Below, one piece after another: positions 39,669 to 49,974 of a DNA stretch of 64,000 bases (positions are counted from its first letter, which is position 1; every line of letters begins with the position of its first letter). The position numbers and the translations under genes were made by a program. The notes below the pieces were generated by a model that did not search any database, had not been told where the DNA came from, and saw nothing but the letters and a program-made list of their open reading frames with translations. Where the stretch lies: positions 384,001 through 448,000 of the forward strand of contig CAWHAA010000008.1 in assembly GCA_963827275.1 (NCBI GenBank), written 5' to 3'. This stretch comes from an uncultured Spirochaetota bacterium (lineage in GTDB: Bacteria > Spirochaetota > UBA4802 > UBA5550).

Positions 39669-41741
39669 ATGACTATCGATCTAAGCGTAGACGTGGGCAG
39701 GCAAAAGCTCAATTTCAACACCGGGTACCTGGCGAAGCAGGCCGACGGGGCCGTCATGGTCTCCTACGGGGAAGTGGCCGTGTTCGCTTCCGCGGTCGTA
39801 TCCAGGGAAGTCAAGGAGGGACAGGATTTTTTCCCCCTCACGGTCGACTACCGGGAGAAGGCCTATGCCGCCGGGAAATTTCCGGGCGGATTCATCAAGA
39901 GGGAGTCGCGCCCGACCGACAAAGAGGTGCTGACGAGCCGGCTTACCGACCGGCCGATCCGGCCGCTGTTTCCGAAAGATTTCATCAACGAAGTTCAGAT
40001 CATCATTTACGTCTTTTCCGCGGACCGGAAGAACCAGCATGACATCCTTGCCATCAACGCGGCGTCCGCCGCGCTGGCCGTGTCCGGGGCACCGTTCCTC
40101 GGGCCCGTCGGCGCCGTTCGCGTCGGGAGGCTGAAGGGAGAGTGGGTGGTGAACCCCACCTTTGCCGAGGACAAGGAGAGCGACATCGACGTCGTCGTCG
40201 CGGGGACCAAAAGCGCGGTGACCATGATCGAGGGGTCGGCGAAAAACATCTCGGAGGCCGACATGATCGGCGCCGTCGAGTTCGCCCACATGCATATAAA
40301 GCGGATCTGCGAGACGCTGGAGGAGCTTGCCCGGAAGGTGAACAAGAAGCCCATCCCGTATGTCCCCTTCGTGGCTGATGAGAAGCTGAAGGAAGAGATC
40401 TCGAAGCGGTATTCATCCGACATCGAGAATTTGTCCCAATATAAAATAAAGCACGAGCGCGAGGACGCCAAGAACCAGATCATCGAGCGGGCGAAGGCGG
40501 AGCTCGCGGAGCTCTTCCCCGACACGATTGGCCAGGCGTCCGGGGTCATCGACGCGATGGACGGCGTTTTCGTCCGCCAGCGCATCCTTGACAAAGGGGA
40601 GCGTGCCGACGGCCGGGACCTGAAGACGGTACGGCCCATAGACATCCTGTCGGGGATACTGCCGCGCGCCCACGGGTCCGCCGTGTTTACCCGCGGTGAG
40701 ACCCAGAGCCTGGGCATAACGACGCTTGGATCGGTAGATGACGTCCAGCGCATGGACGACATCGAGGGAGAGGGGGAGAAGAGCTTCATGCTTCATTACC
40801 ACTTTCCGCCCTTCTCCGTCGGCGAGACGGGACGGCACGGCGGCGTGGGCCGGCGCGAGATCGGCCACGGCATGCTGGCGGAGCGGGCGCTCGAATACGC
40901 GATCCCGGACAAATCCGTGTTCCCCTATACCATACGACAGGTGTCGGAGATACTTGAATCGAACGGCTCGTCATCAATGGCGTCCGTCTGCTCCGCGTCC
41001 CTGTCGATGTTCAACGCCGGCGTGCCCCTCAAGGCCGCGGTATCGGGAATCGCCATGGGGCTCGTGATGGAGGGTGACCGGTACGCGATCCTCTCAGACA
41101 TCATCGGCCTCGAGGACCACCTGGGCGACATGGACTTCAAGGTAACGGGGACCGAAACGGGGATCACCGCGTTCCAGATGGACATCAAGATACAGGGGAT
41201 CACCCCGGAGATCATGCGGGTCGCGCTCGACCAGGCGAAGGAGGGACGACTGCACATCCTCGGGATCATGAAGCAGTTCCTGCCGCTTCCCGAGAAGAAG
41301 CTCTCTCCCTACGCGCCGCTGATCAAGACCATCATGATCAACCCGGAGAAGATCGGCGCGGTCATCGGCCCGGGCGGCAAGGTGATCAGGCAGATCATCG
41401 AGGAGACCGGCACCGACATCAATGTCGAGGACGACGGCTCGGTGACGCTCACCGGCCCGGACCAGGAGTCGGTCAAAAAAGCGGAAGATTACATCATGGG
41501 GATCACCGAAGAGGTGGAGGTCAACAAGATATACGAGGGGACGGTGCGCCGCCTCTTCGAGTTCGGCGCCATGGTTGAGATCATGCCCGGCAAGGAAGGC
41601 CTCATCCATATCTCGAAGCTGGACACCAAGCGCGTGAACAAGGTCGAGGACGTCGTGAAGATCGGCGACCGCGTCAAGGTCATGGTCATAAAAGTCGACG
41701 ACCGCGGGCGCATCGACCTGAGCAGAAAGGACGCGCTCTGA
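39669..41741 (+). CDS. pnp: Polyribonucleotide nucleotidyltransferase
   Basis: FFPLTVDY, RREIGHG, ESNGSSSMAS, GDMDFKV, KH and S1 domains. Confidence 0.98.
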   Translation: MTIDLSVDVGRQKLNFNTGYLAKQADGAVMVSYGEVAVFASAVVSREVKEGQDFFPLTVDYREKAYAAGKFPGGFIKRESRPTDKEVLTSRLTDRPIRPLFPKDFINEVQIIIYVFSADRKNQHDILAINAASAALAVSGAPFLGPVGAVRVGRLKGEWVVNPTFAEDKESDIDVVVAGTKSAVTMIEGSAKNISEADMIGAVEFAHMHIKRICETLEELARKVNKKPIPYVPFVADEKLKEEISKRYSSDIENLSQYKIKHEREDAKNQIIERAKAELAELFPDTIGQASGVIDAMDGVFVRQRILDKGERADGRDLKTVRPIDILSGILPRAHGSAVFTRGETQSLGITTLGSVDDVQRMDDIEGEGEKSFMLHYHFPPFSVGETGRHGGVGRREIGHGMLAERALEYAIPDKSVFPYTIRQVSEILESNGSSSMASVCSASLSMFNAGVPLKAAVSGIAMGLVMEGDRYAILSDIIGLEDHLGDMDFKVTGTETGITAFQMDIKIQGITPEIMRVALDQAKEGRLHILGIMKQFLPLPEKKLSPYAPLIKTIMINPEKIGAVIGPGGKVIRQIIEETGTDINVEDDGSVTLTGPDQESVKKAEDYIMGITEEVEVNKIYEGTVRRLFEFGAMVEIMPGKEGLIHISKLDTKRVNKVEDVVKIGDRVKVMVIKVDDRGRIDLSRKDAL

Positions 41742-41754
41742 TCCGACCGGACCA

Positions 41755-43019
41755 TTGATGATATACCGGCACATACAGGACAGTGGCGTATCCGTGCTCC
41801 TCGAGCCGATCGAGGGCGTCGTCTCCGTATCCGTGGGATTGTGGGTCAAGTCGGGCTCGCGGGACGAGCGCGATGACCAGTACGGATATGCCCACTTCAT
41901 CGAGCACATGCTCTTCAAGGGCACGAAGGAACACTCGGCCATGGACATCGCGAAGATCGTGGACCGGGTCGGCGGGCAGCACAACGCGGCGACGAACCGC
42001 GAGCATACCTGCTATTACATCAATGTCGTGTCCGATCACCTCGACCTCGCGGTGCGGCTCCTCGCGGAAACCTACTACGAGTCGCTCTTCGATCCCGCCG
42101 AGCTTCAAAAAGAAAAAAACGTCGTCATGGAAGAGATCAGGATGTACGAGGACGAGCCTGACGAGCTCATCCATGACGTCTTCATGGAGAGCATGCTCGA
42201 GGGCCATCCCCTGAGCCACCGCGTGCTCGGCACCCACGAGAGCATCGGCGCGACCACGCGCGAAACGCTCGTCGGTTTTTTTGAGAGCCACTACCGCAAC
42301 GACAACGCGATCCTGGCGATCGCGGGGAATTTCAACAGGGGTGATGCGGAGAAGCTCGTCGCGAAATATTTTTCGCGGCCGAGCGGCGCACGGGGGGGGT
42401 GCCGGCGCCGCCCGCGTCGGCGCGCCGCGTCGAGTACCGGCATGTCGAGAAGGGGCAGCTCGAGCAGGTCCATATCTGCCTCGGCACCGACGGCATCAGG
42501 CGCAACGACGATGACCGGTGGGGGCTCTACCTCATGAGCACGGTGCTGGGCGGGAGCATGTCCTCCCGGCTCTTCCAGAACGTGCGCGAGAAGGAAGGAA
42601 TCAGCTACTCCATATACTCGTTCCACTCGTCGTACAGCGACAGCGGAGTATTCGGCGTATACTGCGCTACCCTGCCGGAAAATTACAACCGCGCGGTCGA
42701 GCTTATCGTGAAGGAGTGCGCGGGGATCGCCGAGAACGGGATCACCGCCGAGGAGCTCCAGGACGCGAAGGACTTCATGAAGGGCAACCTCGCGCTCAGC
42801 CTTGAAAGCGTCGAGGTGCGCCTGGGGCGGCTCGCCATGGACGAGATCACGTTCCAGCGGAGCTACAGCTTCGAAGAGATCGTCGATAACATTTACCGCG
42901 TCACCGGTGATGACATAATGCGGATCTGCGGCAGGATCTTCGGCGGCAAAAAGCTTTCGGTGGTGTCTGTCGGCAACCTCGCCGGCCGCAAAATACCGCA
43001 AAAGGGCATCTCCCTCTGA
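41755..43019 (+). CDS. M16 (pitrilysin-like) peptidase, frameshifted at the G8 run 42392-42399
   Basis: HFIEHMLFKG in the first frame; LGGSMSSRLFQNVREKEG in the second; usual position after pnp. Confidence 0.85.
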
Positions 43020-43170
43020 GTTTTTTTATAAAAATCATTTTTTTTGCTTTACTTTGTATTACGCTGCATTTTTACTAAATGGTTTAGTCAATTCTTAAAA
43101 TTCCAGCGTTAACGGGCAGGCCGCGGTGAAGAGAGGCCGCCCTTACGCGCTTATGATTCGGGGTAGTGAT

Positions 43171-43599
43171 ATGGCGTCGAAAAATGATGGCATGAACAGC
43201 ACCATCGGCGAAGGCTCGGTCTTTGAAGGCAAGTTCTATATAAGCGGCTCTCTGCGCATCGACGGGAAATTCGAGGGAGAGATCAAGACCGATGAAGAGC
43301 TCGTGGTCGGCGAGACAGGGAAAGTGAGGACTGACATTGCGGCCAAATCGGTAGTCGTGGCCGGAACCGTCATCGGCAATATCATAGCCCGCAACGAAGT
43401 GCGGCTCCTCGAAACCGGCAAGATCCTCGGCGACATCACCACGCCGACCCTCCTGATACAGAAAGGCGTCGTCGCCTCCGGCACGTTCAACATCACCGGC
43501 GGGCATAAAAAGGACACGAAGAAAGTCGTGGAGGAATCCTTCAGCGGCGGTTCTTCGTCAAGCGACTCGTCAGAAGTCAGAAATATCGGTTCCCGGTAG
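43171..43599 (+). CDS. Bactofilin (polymer-forming cytoskeletal protein)
   Basis: STIGEGSVFEG...LRIDG.FEGEI...VVAGTVIGNI beta-helix repeats. Confidence 0.92.
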   Translation: MASKNDGMNSTIGEGSVFEGKFYISGSLRIDGKFEGEIKTDEELVVGETGKVRTDIAAKSVVVAGTVIGNIIARNEVRLLETGKILGDITTPTLLIQKGVVASGTFNITGGHKKDTKKVVEESFSGGSSSSDSSEVRNIGSR

Positions 43600-43777
43600 G
43601 TCCCGGAAGGGGACCTTCGGGGCGGAGGCTCCATGCCCGGCTGCGGAAATCGCGGTTTCCGGCAGGGGCTGCCGCTGCGAAAAGAGGAAATAATTTCATA
43701 ATTTTTACGATACGGCCGATTAATCTGATAGAAGGGGTTATGTTTGTTTCCGGGGGAACCGGAGCTGTCCCGGCACT

Positions 43778-44897
43778 ATGAAAAAGATATTCGCAAAGAC
43801 ATTCAAGGCTGGCAGGTTCACCATCTCGATTTTTTCAAACGAGGTGGTGATAGTCCATGTCGGCGACAAGAAGATCTTCATCAAGACCATCCGGATGAAG
43901 GTGCCCTCGATCGGCCTGTTCGGCAGGAACAACCCGCGACCCTGCGGCGCCACGGCCCAGGCTCACGCGGAGGCACCTTCTCCCCCATCTGGCAATGTCC
44001 GCGCACCGGCTCAGGCTCGCAGCGGCGCTCTCGGCCGCGATCGCGGTCATGATGGTGGCGTTTTCCCTCTACCCGGGAGGGCAGGGGGAGCCGGCCGTTC
44101 CCAGCGATGAGCTGATGAAAAAGAGCCTCCTCGAATCGAAGCAGACCGATTATTCTTCCCCGGAAAAGGCCGAGAAGCTCGTGATCAATGAGCACCGTGT
44201 CCGCCGGGGCGAGAACCTCCAGAAGATAGCGAAAAAATACGGCGTATCCGTGGAGACGATCCGGGGCACCAACAACCTGGCCACTGACAGCGTGCTCCAG
44301 CCGGACATGGTTCTGAAAATTCCGAACAAGGACGGCATCCTGTTAAAAATGCAGAAGGGCGGCGACCTGGTGTCGATCGCCCGGCGCTACCGGGTGTCGC
44401 TGAAGAAAATCATTGAAGAAAACAACATCAGGAACCCCGACTTTGTCGCGTCAAATACCGTGCTTTTTATCCCGGACGCCAAGCCGCTTAACGTCTTCTC
44501 CGGCTTCCTCTGGCCCGCGGGGGGCAGGTTCATCACCTGCGGGTACGGATGGCGGAGAAACCCGTTCGACCCGGGCCACACCGAGTTTCATTCGGGGCTG
44601 GACATCAGGTCAAACTTCCAGCCGGTCAGGGCCTCTAAATACGGGAAAGTCACCTATACCGGGTGGCTCGGCGGCTACGGCAAGACCGTGGTCATCGCGC
44701 ACCCGGGCGGGTTCAAGACGCTCTACGGCCACCTTTCCCGGATCATCGTGCGGAACGGTCAGTACGTCAAGCAGGGGCAGTACATCGCCGCCAGCGGCAA
44801 CACCGGCCGCTCCACCGGCGCGCACCTCCATTTCGAGATACTGAAGCACGGGCGGAGCATCAACCCCTATACATACTTCAAGAAGAAACGGCGTTAG
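43778..44897 (+). CDS. LysM-LysM-M23 peptidase, probably frameshifted near 43940
   Basis: Two LysM domains, HSGLD, YGHL, GAHLHFE in 43995-44897; the upstream ORF from 43778 joins it after removing one C at 43940-42. Confidence 0.8.
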
Positions 44898-45100
44898 CGA
44901 TTCATTTTATTCTTGTGGCAGGCCGACGCCCCGGAGATTCCCGGTGCGTTTTTTATTTGTCTGCCTTCCGGAATGGCAGGATTTACCCCCCTCCCGGAGG
45001 ATGGGCCGCGTTTGAGTGCCGCAATAATGATTTGACATACCCGAACTGAAGCCGTTACTATCATCCAGAACCATACATCTATTCCAGGGGAGGCTTCCGC

Positions 45101-45376
45101 ATGAAAAATATTTTCATCATGATAATCTCTTTGGTTGTCGCAGGGATGTCGCTCGCGGTCATGGCCGGCAGCGGGGGACAGGGCGACAAGTGTTTCGCGG
45201 ACACGGAATGCGAATTCAACCTCCAGTGTAAGGACGGGGCGTGCGTGAAAAAAAAGGAGTTTGATTTCGGCAGTTCGGGAAAAAGCGGGAAGCCGTGCAA
45301 CATCGACGCGGACTGCATCAATTCAGGCAAATGCGTTGAAGGGATGTTCGGGAAAAAAGTCTGTTCCGGGAATTGA
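45101..45376 (+). CDS. Small secreted Cys-rich protein with two 4-Cys modules
   Basis: Signal peptide; C-x5-C-x5-C-x4-C and C-x5-C-x5-C-x9-C; GGGGAGG RBS; TTGACA-N18-TACTAT promoter at 45032-45061. Confidence 0.75.
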   Translation: MKNIFIMIISLVVAGMSLAVMAGSGGQGDKCFADTECEFNLQCKDGACVKKKEFDFGSSGKSGKPCNIDADCINSGKCVEGMFGKKVCSGN

Positions 45377-46699
45377 TTGAATCAGGAGACCACACCGGTG
45401 CCCCACGAAGCGGTTGACATCCTTTCCCGTTATCTGCGGATAAACACCACTAACCCGCCCGGGAACGAGGAAAAGGCGGCGTGGTTTTTCGCGGAGATTT
45501 TCGAACAGGAACATATCCCATACCGGACCTATGAATCCGATCCGGGCAGGGTGTCCATCCGGGCCCATATCCCCGGCTCTGGCGTGAAGGAGCCGCTGAT
45601 ATTGCTCAACCACATGGATGTTGTTCCCGCCGGCGCGGGGGAATTCAGCTTCGATCCCTTCGGCGGCGAGGTGCGGGACGGGTACGTGTGCGGCCGGGGG
45701 GCGCTCGACATGAAGGGGATCGCCGTTATGCAGCTCATGGCGTTTCTCGCCATGAAGCGGACGGGCGTACGGCCCAACCGTGACCTGGTGTTCCTCGCGA
45801 CAGCGGACGAGGAGGCGGGCGGTCTGAAGGGCGCCGGCTTCCTCCTGGATACCTGCCCGGACGAGTTCAGGGCCGGGGTCGTGCTGAACGAGGGCGGCTA
45901 CGGCATTGCGGGCATGGTCCCCGGTAAATCCGCCATGCTGATAACGCCGGCGGAGAAGGGGCCCTGCTGGCTCAGGCTCACCCGCCGCGGGGTCCCGGGC
46001 CACGGGTCCACGCCCCATTCGCAGAATGCCCTGGAAAAAATGACGCAGGCCCTGGCGCGCCTCCTCGCAGCGGAGATGCCGGTCACCATTACCGGCGCCA
46101 CCGCCGGGTACTTCAGAGAGCTGTCATCGGAATGGCCGTTCCTTGGCCCGTTCGCAAAAGACGGGAAGCCTGAAACACTGGCGCGGCTGCTCGGGGAGAG
46201 CGGGATGCTGGCGATCCCCGCCCTGAACGCCATGGTGCGCAACACCATTAGCCTCACCATGCTTACCTCCGGGGTCAAGATAAACATGATCCCCGACCAT
46301 GCCGAGGCACTGCTCGATATCCGGCTCCTCCCCGGTCAGAAGGTCGAGGATTTCATCGCGGTCGTGAAGGAAACGCTCGCGGACGATGAAATCATGATAG
46401 AGAAAATACTGGCCTCGGAAGCGAGCGCGTCGGACACGGACACCGATGAATTTATCCTGCTGCGGGACACGCTGAAGCGCCATTTCCCCGGCTCCCTTAT
46501 GCCCCTCTCCCTGCTTTCGGGATTTTCCGACTCGCGCTTTTTCAGGGAGCGGGGGGTTCCCGTGTACGGCTTCTGTCCGCTCATGATCACCATGGACGAC
46601 CTGGCAATGATCCACGGCCTCGATGAAAAGATCTCCGTAGAGGGGCTTGTCAGGGGGTGCGAAATATATTCCGACATCGTCCGGGCGATGTGCACGTAG
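45377..46699 (+). CDS. M20/M25/M40 metallo-hydrolase
   Basis: NHMDVVP, GRGALDMKG, ADEEAGG, HGLDE. Confidence 0.92.
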   Translation: MNQETTPVPHEAVDILSRYLRINTTNPPGNEEKAAWFFAEIFEQEHIPYRTYESDPGRVSIRAHIPGSGVKEPLILLNHMDVVPAGAGEFSFDPFGGEVRDGYVCGRGALDMKGIAVMQLMAFLAMKRTGVRPNRDLVFLATADEEAGGLKGAGFLLDTCPDEFRAGVVLNEGGYGIAGMVPGKSAMLITPAEKGPCWLRLTRRGVPGHGSTPHSQNALEKMTQALARLLAAEMPVTITGATAGYFRELSSEWPFLGPFAKDGKPETLARLLGESGMLAIPALNAMVRNTISLTMLTSGVKINMIPDHAEALLDIRLLPGQKVEDFIAVVKETLADDEIMIEKILASEASASDTDTDEFILLRDTLKRHFPGSLMPLSLLSGFSDSRFFRERGVPVYGFCPLMITMDDLAMIHGLDEKISVEGLVRGCEIYSDIVRAMCT

Positions 46700-46793
46700 C
46701 GACCCGGCTGCCGCGGGTGGAAAAATTGGTTGCCCCGCGGACGCGCCTGTGATAGGCAGAGACGGCACATTATAACAGACCAAGGAGGCATGT

Positions 46794-47420
46794 ATGCTGA
46801 ACAATCCTGAAGCTACCGACCAGGCGCTGCAGATACTCCGCAGCGGCGCCCCCTTTCAATGGTACGTGATCCCGATGCTGGCGTTCGTCATGTACGTGTA
46901 TTTCAACGAGATAGCGAAGAAGAACTGGAAGGTTGTGGCGGCCGGCCTCTCGCTCTACATGGTCCACTGGTTTTACGAAATTCTGAACGCGCTGATTCAG
47001 CATGGTACCGGCCATGCCCTCTGGACCGTGCCCACCGGCACGGCCTTCCTGCTCCTTGTCGGGGTCGGCGTGGAGCTGAGCCTCATGTTCTCGATATCGG
47101 GCCTCATCTTCGCCAAGGTCCTGCCGGAGGACCCGAAGATGAAGATACTGGGGGTCAACAACCGCCTCTTCATCGCGGTGATGAACGCGGCGTTCTATTC
47201 CGTGTTCGAGATATTCCTGGCGCGCACGCCCGCGTTCGTATGGGTCTACCCCTGGTGGGGCGCGTTCCCGGTCTTTGTCACGGTATACATCCCCTTCTGG
47301 GTGGTGGCGCTCTACAGCTATGACTGGAGCCCCCGGACGCAGAAGATAGTTATCGGCACACTTTTCGGGGTGAACGCGGCCATGCTCATCGTGTTCGCCG
47401 GTATTTTGCGCTGGATTTGA
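46794..47420 (+). CDS. Multi-pass membrane protein, hypothetical
   Basis: AAGGAGG RBS; about 6-7 hydrophobic segments. Confidence 0.75.
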   Translation: MLNNPEATDQALQILRSGAPFQWYVIPMLAFVMYVYFNEIAKKNWKVVAAGLSLYMVHWFYEILNALIQHGTGHALWTVPTGTAFLLLVGVGVELSLMFSISGLIFAKVLPEDPKMKILGVNNRLFIAVMNAAFYSVFEIFLARTPAFVWVYPWWGAFPVFVTVYIPFWVVALYSYDWSPRTQKIVIGTLFGVNAAMLIVFAGILRWI

Positions 47421-47627
47421 CCCCGCGAAGAGACCCGGTAACCCGGATGGAACACATATATATCCGGGCAGCTGTCATTTGTCCGTCACGCTCCGCTGCG
47501 GGCCTGCGATGAAAAGTGGTTGCCCCCTTCGTACCGCTGATGCCCAATGGCACGGCGGCATGGCGTGCCATCGCCGTGTGTAAGCCGATCATCCCTGGGT
47601 CGATCGTACAGGGACCGGAGGTCTGCA

Positions 47628-48458
47628 ATGTCGTATCGCCCCAAATGGTGGCTTGATTTCCTTCGTATCGCCTGGCCCCTTACGGAGCTCAGCGCAAAAA
47701 TGACCCGGTGGCCCGTCATCGGGCCCGTTGTCGCGCTGCTCACCCGGCCGGTCTTTACCGGCAATAATTTCCACATCACCCATATCCCCATTAACGCCAG
47801 CATCGGCGGCGGGAAAAGCACGATGCTTCCGGAAAAGGTCCTGGAGGGGCTTATCCGGAGGTCGTCCCACCGCATCACCATCAACCGCTGTACCTGCCGC
47901 GAGTCGCACGAGTGCCGGCATTACCCGGTGGAGGACGCGTGCCTGCACCTGGGCGAGGGGACGACCCATATCCCCCCGCACCTCGCCACGCCGCGGACGG
48001 TTGACGAAGCCATCGCGCATATGCGGAAGATGATCGGCCTGGGCCTCATCCCCTTCCTCGGCCAGGTGAGGATGGACGATTTTTTCTACGGCAGGCCCAA
48101 TACCGGGCGGGCGCTCACCATATGTTTCTGCTGCCCCTGCTGCTGCACCATCTTCAGATCGGCCAGGTATTTTCCCGACGACGTCAAGGACTCGCTGGTC
48201 CGCCTCAAGGGGCTCACGGTCGCCGTCAACAACGCGCGCTGCGCGGGCGAAGGGTGCGGGGCCTGTGTCCGCGGCTGCTTCACCGGGGCCCTCTCGTTCG
48301 GCGCGGAGGGGGTTGCGTGGGACAGCGCCCTCTGCAAGGGATGCGGCCGCTGCGCCGCCGTCTGTCCGGAGAAGGCGATAACAATTGAAGTTGAAAACAT
48401 TGAACGCGCTATTGATGAAATCACGGGGCGCATGAGGGAGAGGGTCAACATCGAATAA
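47628..48458 (+). CDS. 4Fe-4S binding protein
   Basis: CTCR, ICFCCPCCC, CGACVRGC, CKGCGRCAAVCP. Confidence 0.85.
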   Translation: MSYRPKWWLDFLRIAWPLTELSAKMTRWPVIGPVVALLTRPVFTGNNFHITHIPINASIGGGKSTMLPEKVLEGLIRRSSHRITINRCTCRESHECRHYPVEDACLHLGEGTTHIPPHLATPRTVDEAIAHMRKMIGLGLIPFLGQVRMDDFFYGRPNTGRALTICFCCPCCCTIFRSARYFPDDVKDSLVRLKGLTVAVNNARCAGEGCGACVRGCFTGALSFGAEGVAWDSALCKGCGRCAAVCPEKAITIEVENIERAIDEITGRMRERVNIE

Positions 48459-48512
48459 ACCGCTGCGGGCCGCAGGTGGGCCGGCGCCCGGATCACGAGG
48501 AGGGAGTGGACA

Positions 48513-48788
48513 ATGGGATCGTCAAAAAAGTTCTGGATAACTCTCGAGGCGGGGGCGATTGCGCTCTTCCTCGTGGGGATAGGGCTCGGCTGGTACCTCT
48601 TCCCGGAAGGGGGCCTCAAGGCATGGAGCATCTTCATCGGTCTGGTCGCTTTGCACGTGGCCGAGACCCCCGTGGGGCTCAGGGTCGGCAGGGAGAAGGA
48701 CCTTTCGATCCGGCGGACGCTCATCAAGACCTGGGCCTTCGGGTTCACCTGGTGGCTCCCCGTGAAAAAAGGGATACTGGAAAAATAA
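48513..48788 (+). CDS. Small membrane protein
   Basis: Hydrophobic helices; LHVAE and FGFTWWLP. Confidence 0.7.
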   Translation: MGSSKKFWITLEAGAIALFLVGIGLGWYLFPEGGLKAWSIFIGLVALHVAETPVGLRVGREKDLSIRRTLIKTWAFGFTWWLPVKKGILEK

Positions 48789-48792
48789 GGCC

Positions 48793-49650
48793 ATGAAAAA
48801 TATTCTGCGCTACGGCCCGACGCGGCGGATGGTAAAGGTGATGATCGCGCTCTCGTGGCCGATCATCCGGTACGGCAAGTCCTGGAGCAACAAGCCCTTT
48901 CTGAAGCACATCATCAACCCCTTCTTCATGAGGCCGTACAACGAGCTGAGCTCGGTGCCCGTGACGGTGCCGGTGAACGCGGAGCTCCGGCCCCCCGAAA
49001 GTGTCCCGGTGCCGCTTCGGGTGCTTGAACGGCTCGTGACGGACATCGAGGACCGCTTCATCCTGAACGAATGCATCTGCCGCGGCCATGACCGGTGCGT
49101 CAATCATCCGCGGGACCTGGGATGCCTCGCCCTGGGCCCGGCCATCGACCGCATGCACCCGAGCCATGGCAGGCGCGCGAGCGCCGGGGAAGCGGTGGCG
49201 CACGTGCGGCGGGCGGTGAAGGAAGGCCTCGTGCCGAACCTCGCGCACGTGTGGATCGATCCCCTGGCCTTCGGCCTGACGAAATTTCAGAAGCTGATGT
49301 TCATCTGCTTCTGCGACGACTGCTGCTGCCTCTACCGGAAATACATGACCGACCGCGGTCCCAATCTCGACAGGGCCTATAAAAGGCTTCCCGGCATCTC
49401 CATGCGGGTGGATGCGTCGCTCTGCGACGGCTGCGGCGATTGCGCCGGCTCCTGCTTTCTCGGCGTGATACGGATGGAGAACGGCATCGCCGTTACCGGC
49501 GGGGCCTGTGCCGGCTGCGGCAAGTGCGTCGGGGCATGTGCGAAGGGCGCCCGCGCCCTTGTCATCCCCGGCGAGGAGGAGCTCTACCGGACCGTCATCG
49601 CGCGCGTGCGCGAGATGTCCGACGTCGAGGTCAAGGCCGGCCGCTCATAG
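48793..49650 (+). CDS. 4Fe-4S binding protein (paralog of 47628..48458)
   Basis: CICR, ICFCDDCCC, CDGCGDCAGSC, CAGCGKCVGAC. Confidence 0.85.
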   Translation: MKNILRYGPTRRMVKVMIALSWPIIRYGKSWSNKPFLKHIINPFFMRPYNELSSVPVTVPVNAELRPPESVPVPLRVLERLVTDIEDRFILNECICRGHDRCVNHPRDLGCLALGPAIDRMHPSHGRRASAGEAVAHVRRAVKEGLVPNLAHVWIDPLAFGLTKFQKLMFICFCDDCCCLYRKYMTDRGPNLDRAYKRLPGISMRVDASLCDGCGDCAGSCFLGVIRMENGIAVTGGACAGCGKCVGACAKGARALVIPGEEELYRTVIARVREMSDVEVKAGRS

Positions 49651-49939
49651 CGTTCAGGGTGACGATGGTCGCGCCCCAGTTTGGCCCGTCGTTGCCGAAG
49701 CCCGCCACGTCCGGGTGCTTCCGCAGCAGTTCCCGGACCTCGCGTTTTTTGGCCGACATTCCCTTTCCATGGACCAGCCGTATGCTCTTCAGGCCCTTCG
49801 CGACGCCCTGCCGGATGAACTCGTTGACCACCGCGGCCGTTTCCCCCGGCTCGAAGAAATGGAGATCGCATTCATACCCGAAGTCTATCCGGCGGTAATC
49901 ATCGGCGGATTCCCCGTCGTTTTCCCTGCTCACGGCCAT
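49631..49939 (-). CDS. Smr/MutS-C domain protein
   Basis: DLH, IRLVHGKG, NWGATIV motifs. Confidence 0.85.
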   Translation of the reverse strand: MAVSRENDGESADDYRRIDFGYECDLHFFEPGETAAVVNEFIRQGVAKGLKSIRLVHGKGMSAKKREVRELLRKHPDVAGFGNDGPNWGATIVTLNAMSGRP

Positions 49940-49974
49940 GCCCCTTTCTGCATCAGCATCTGAGTCCTCTGCTG

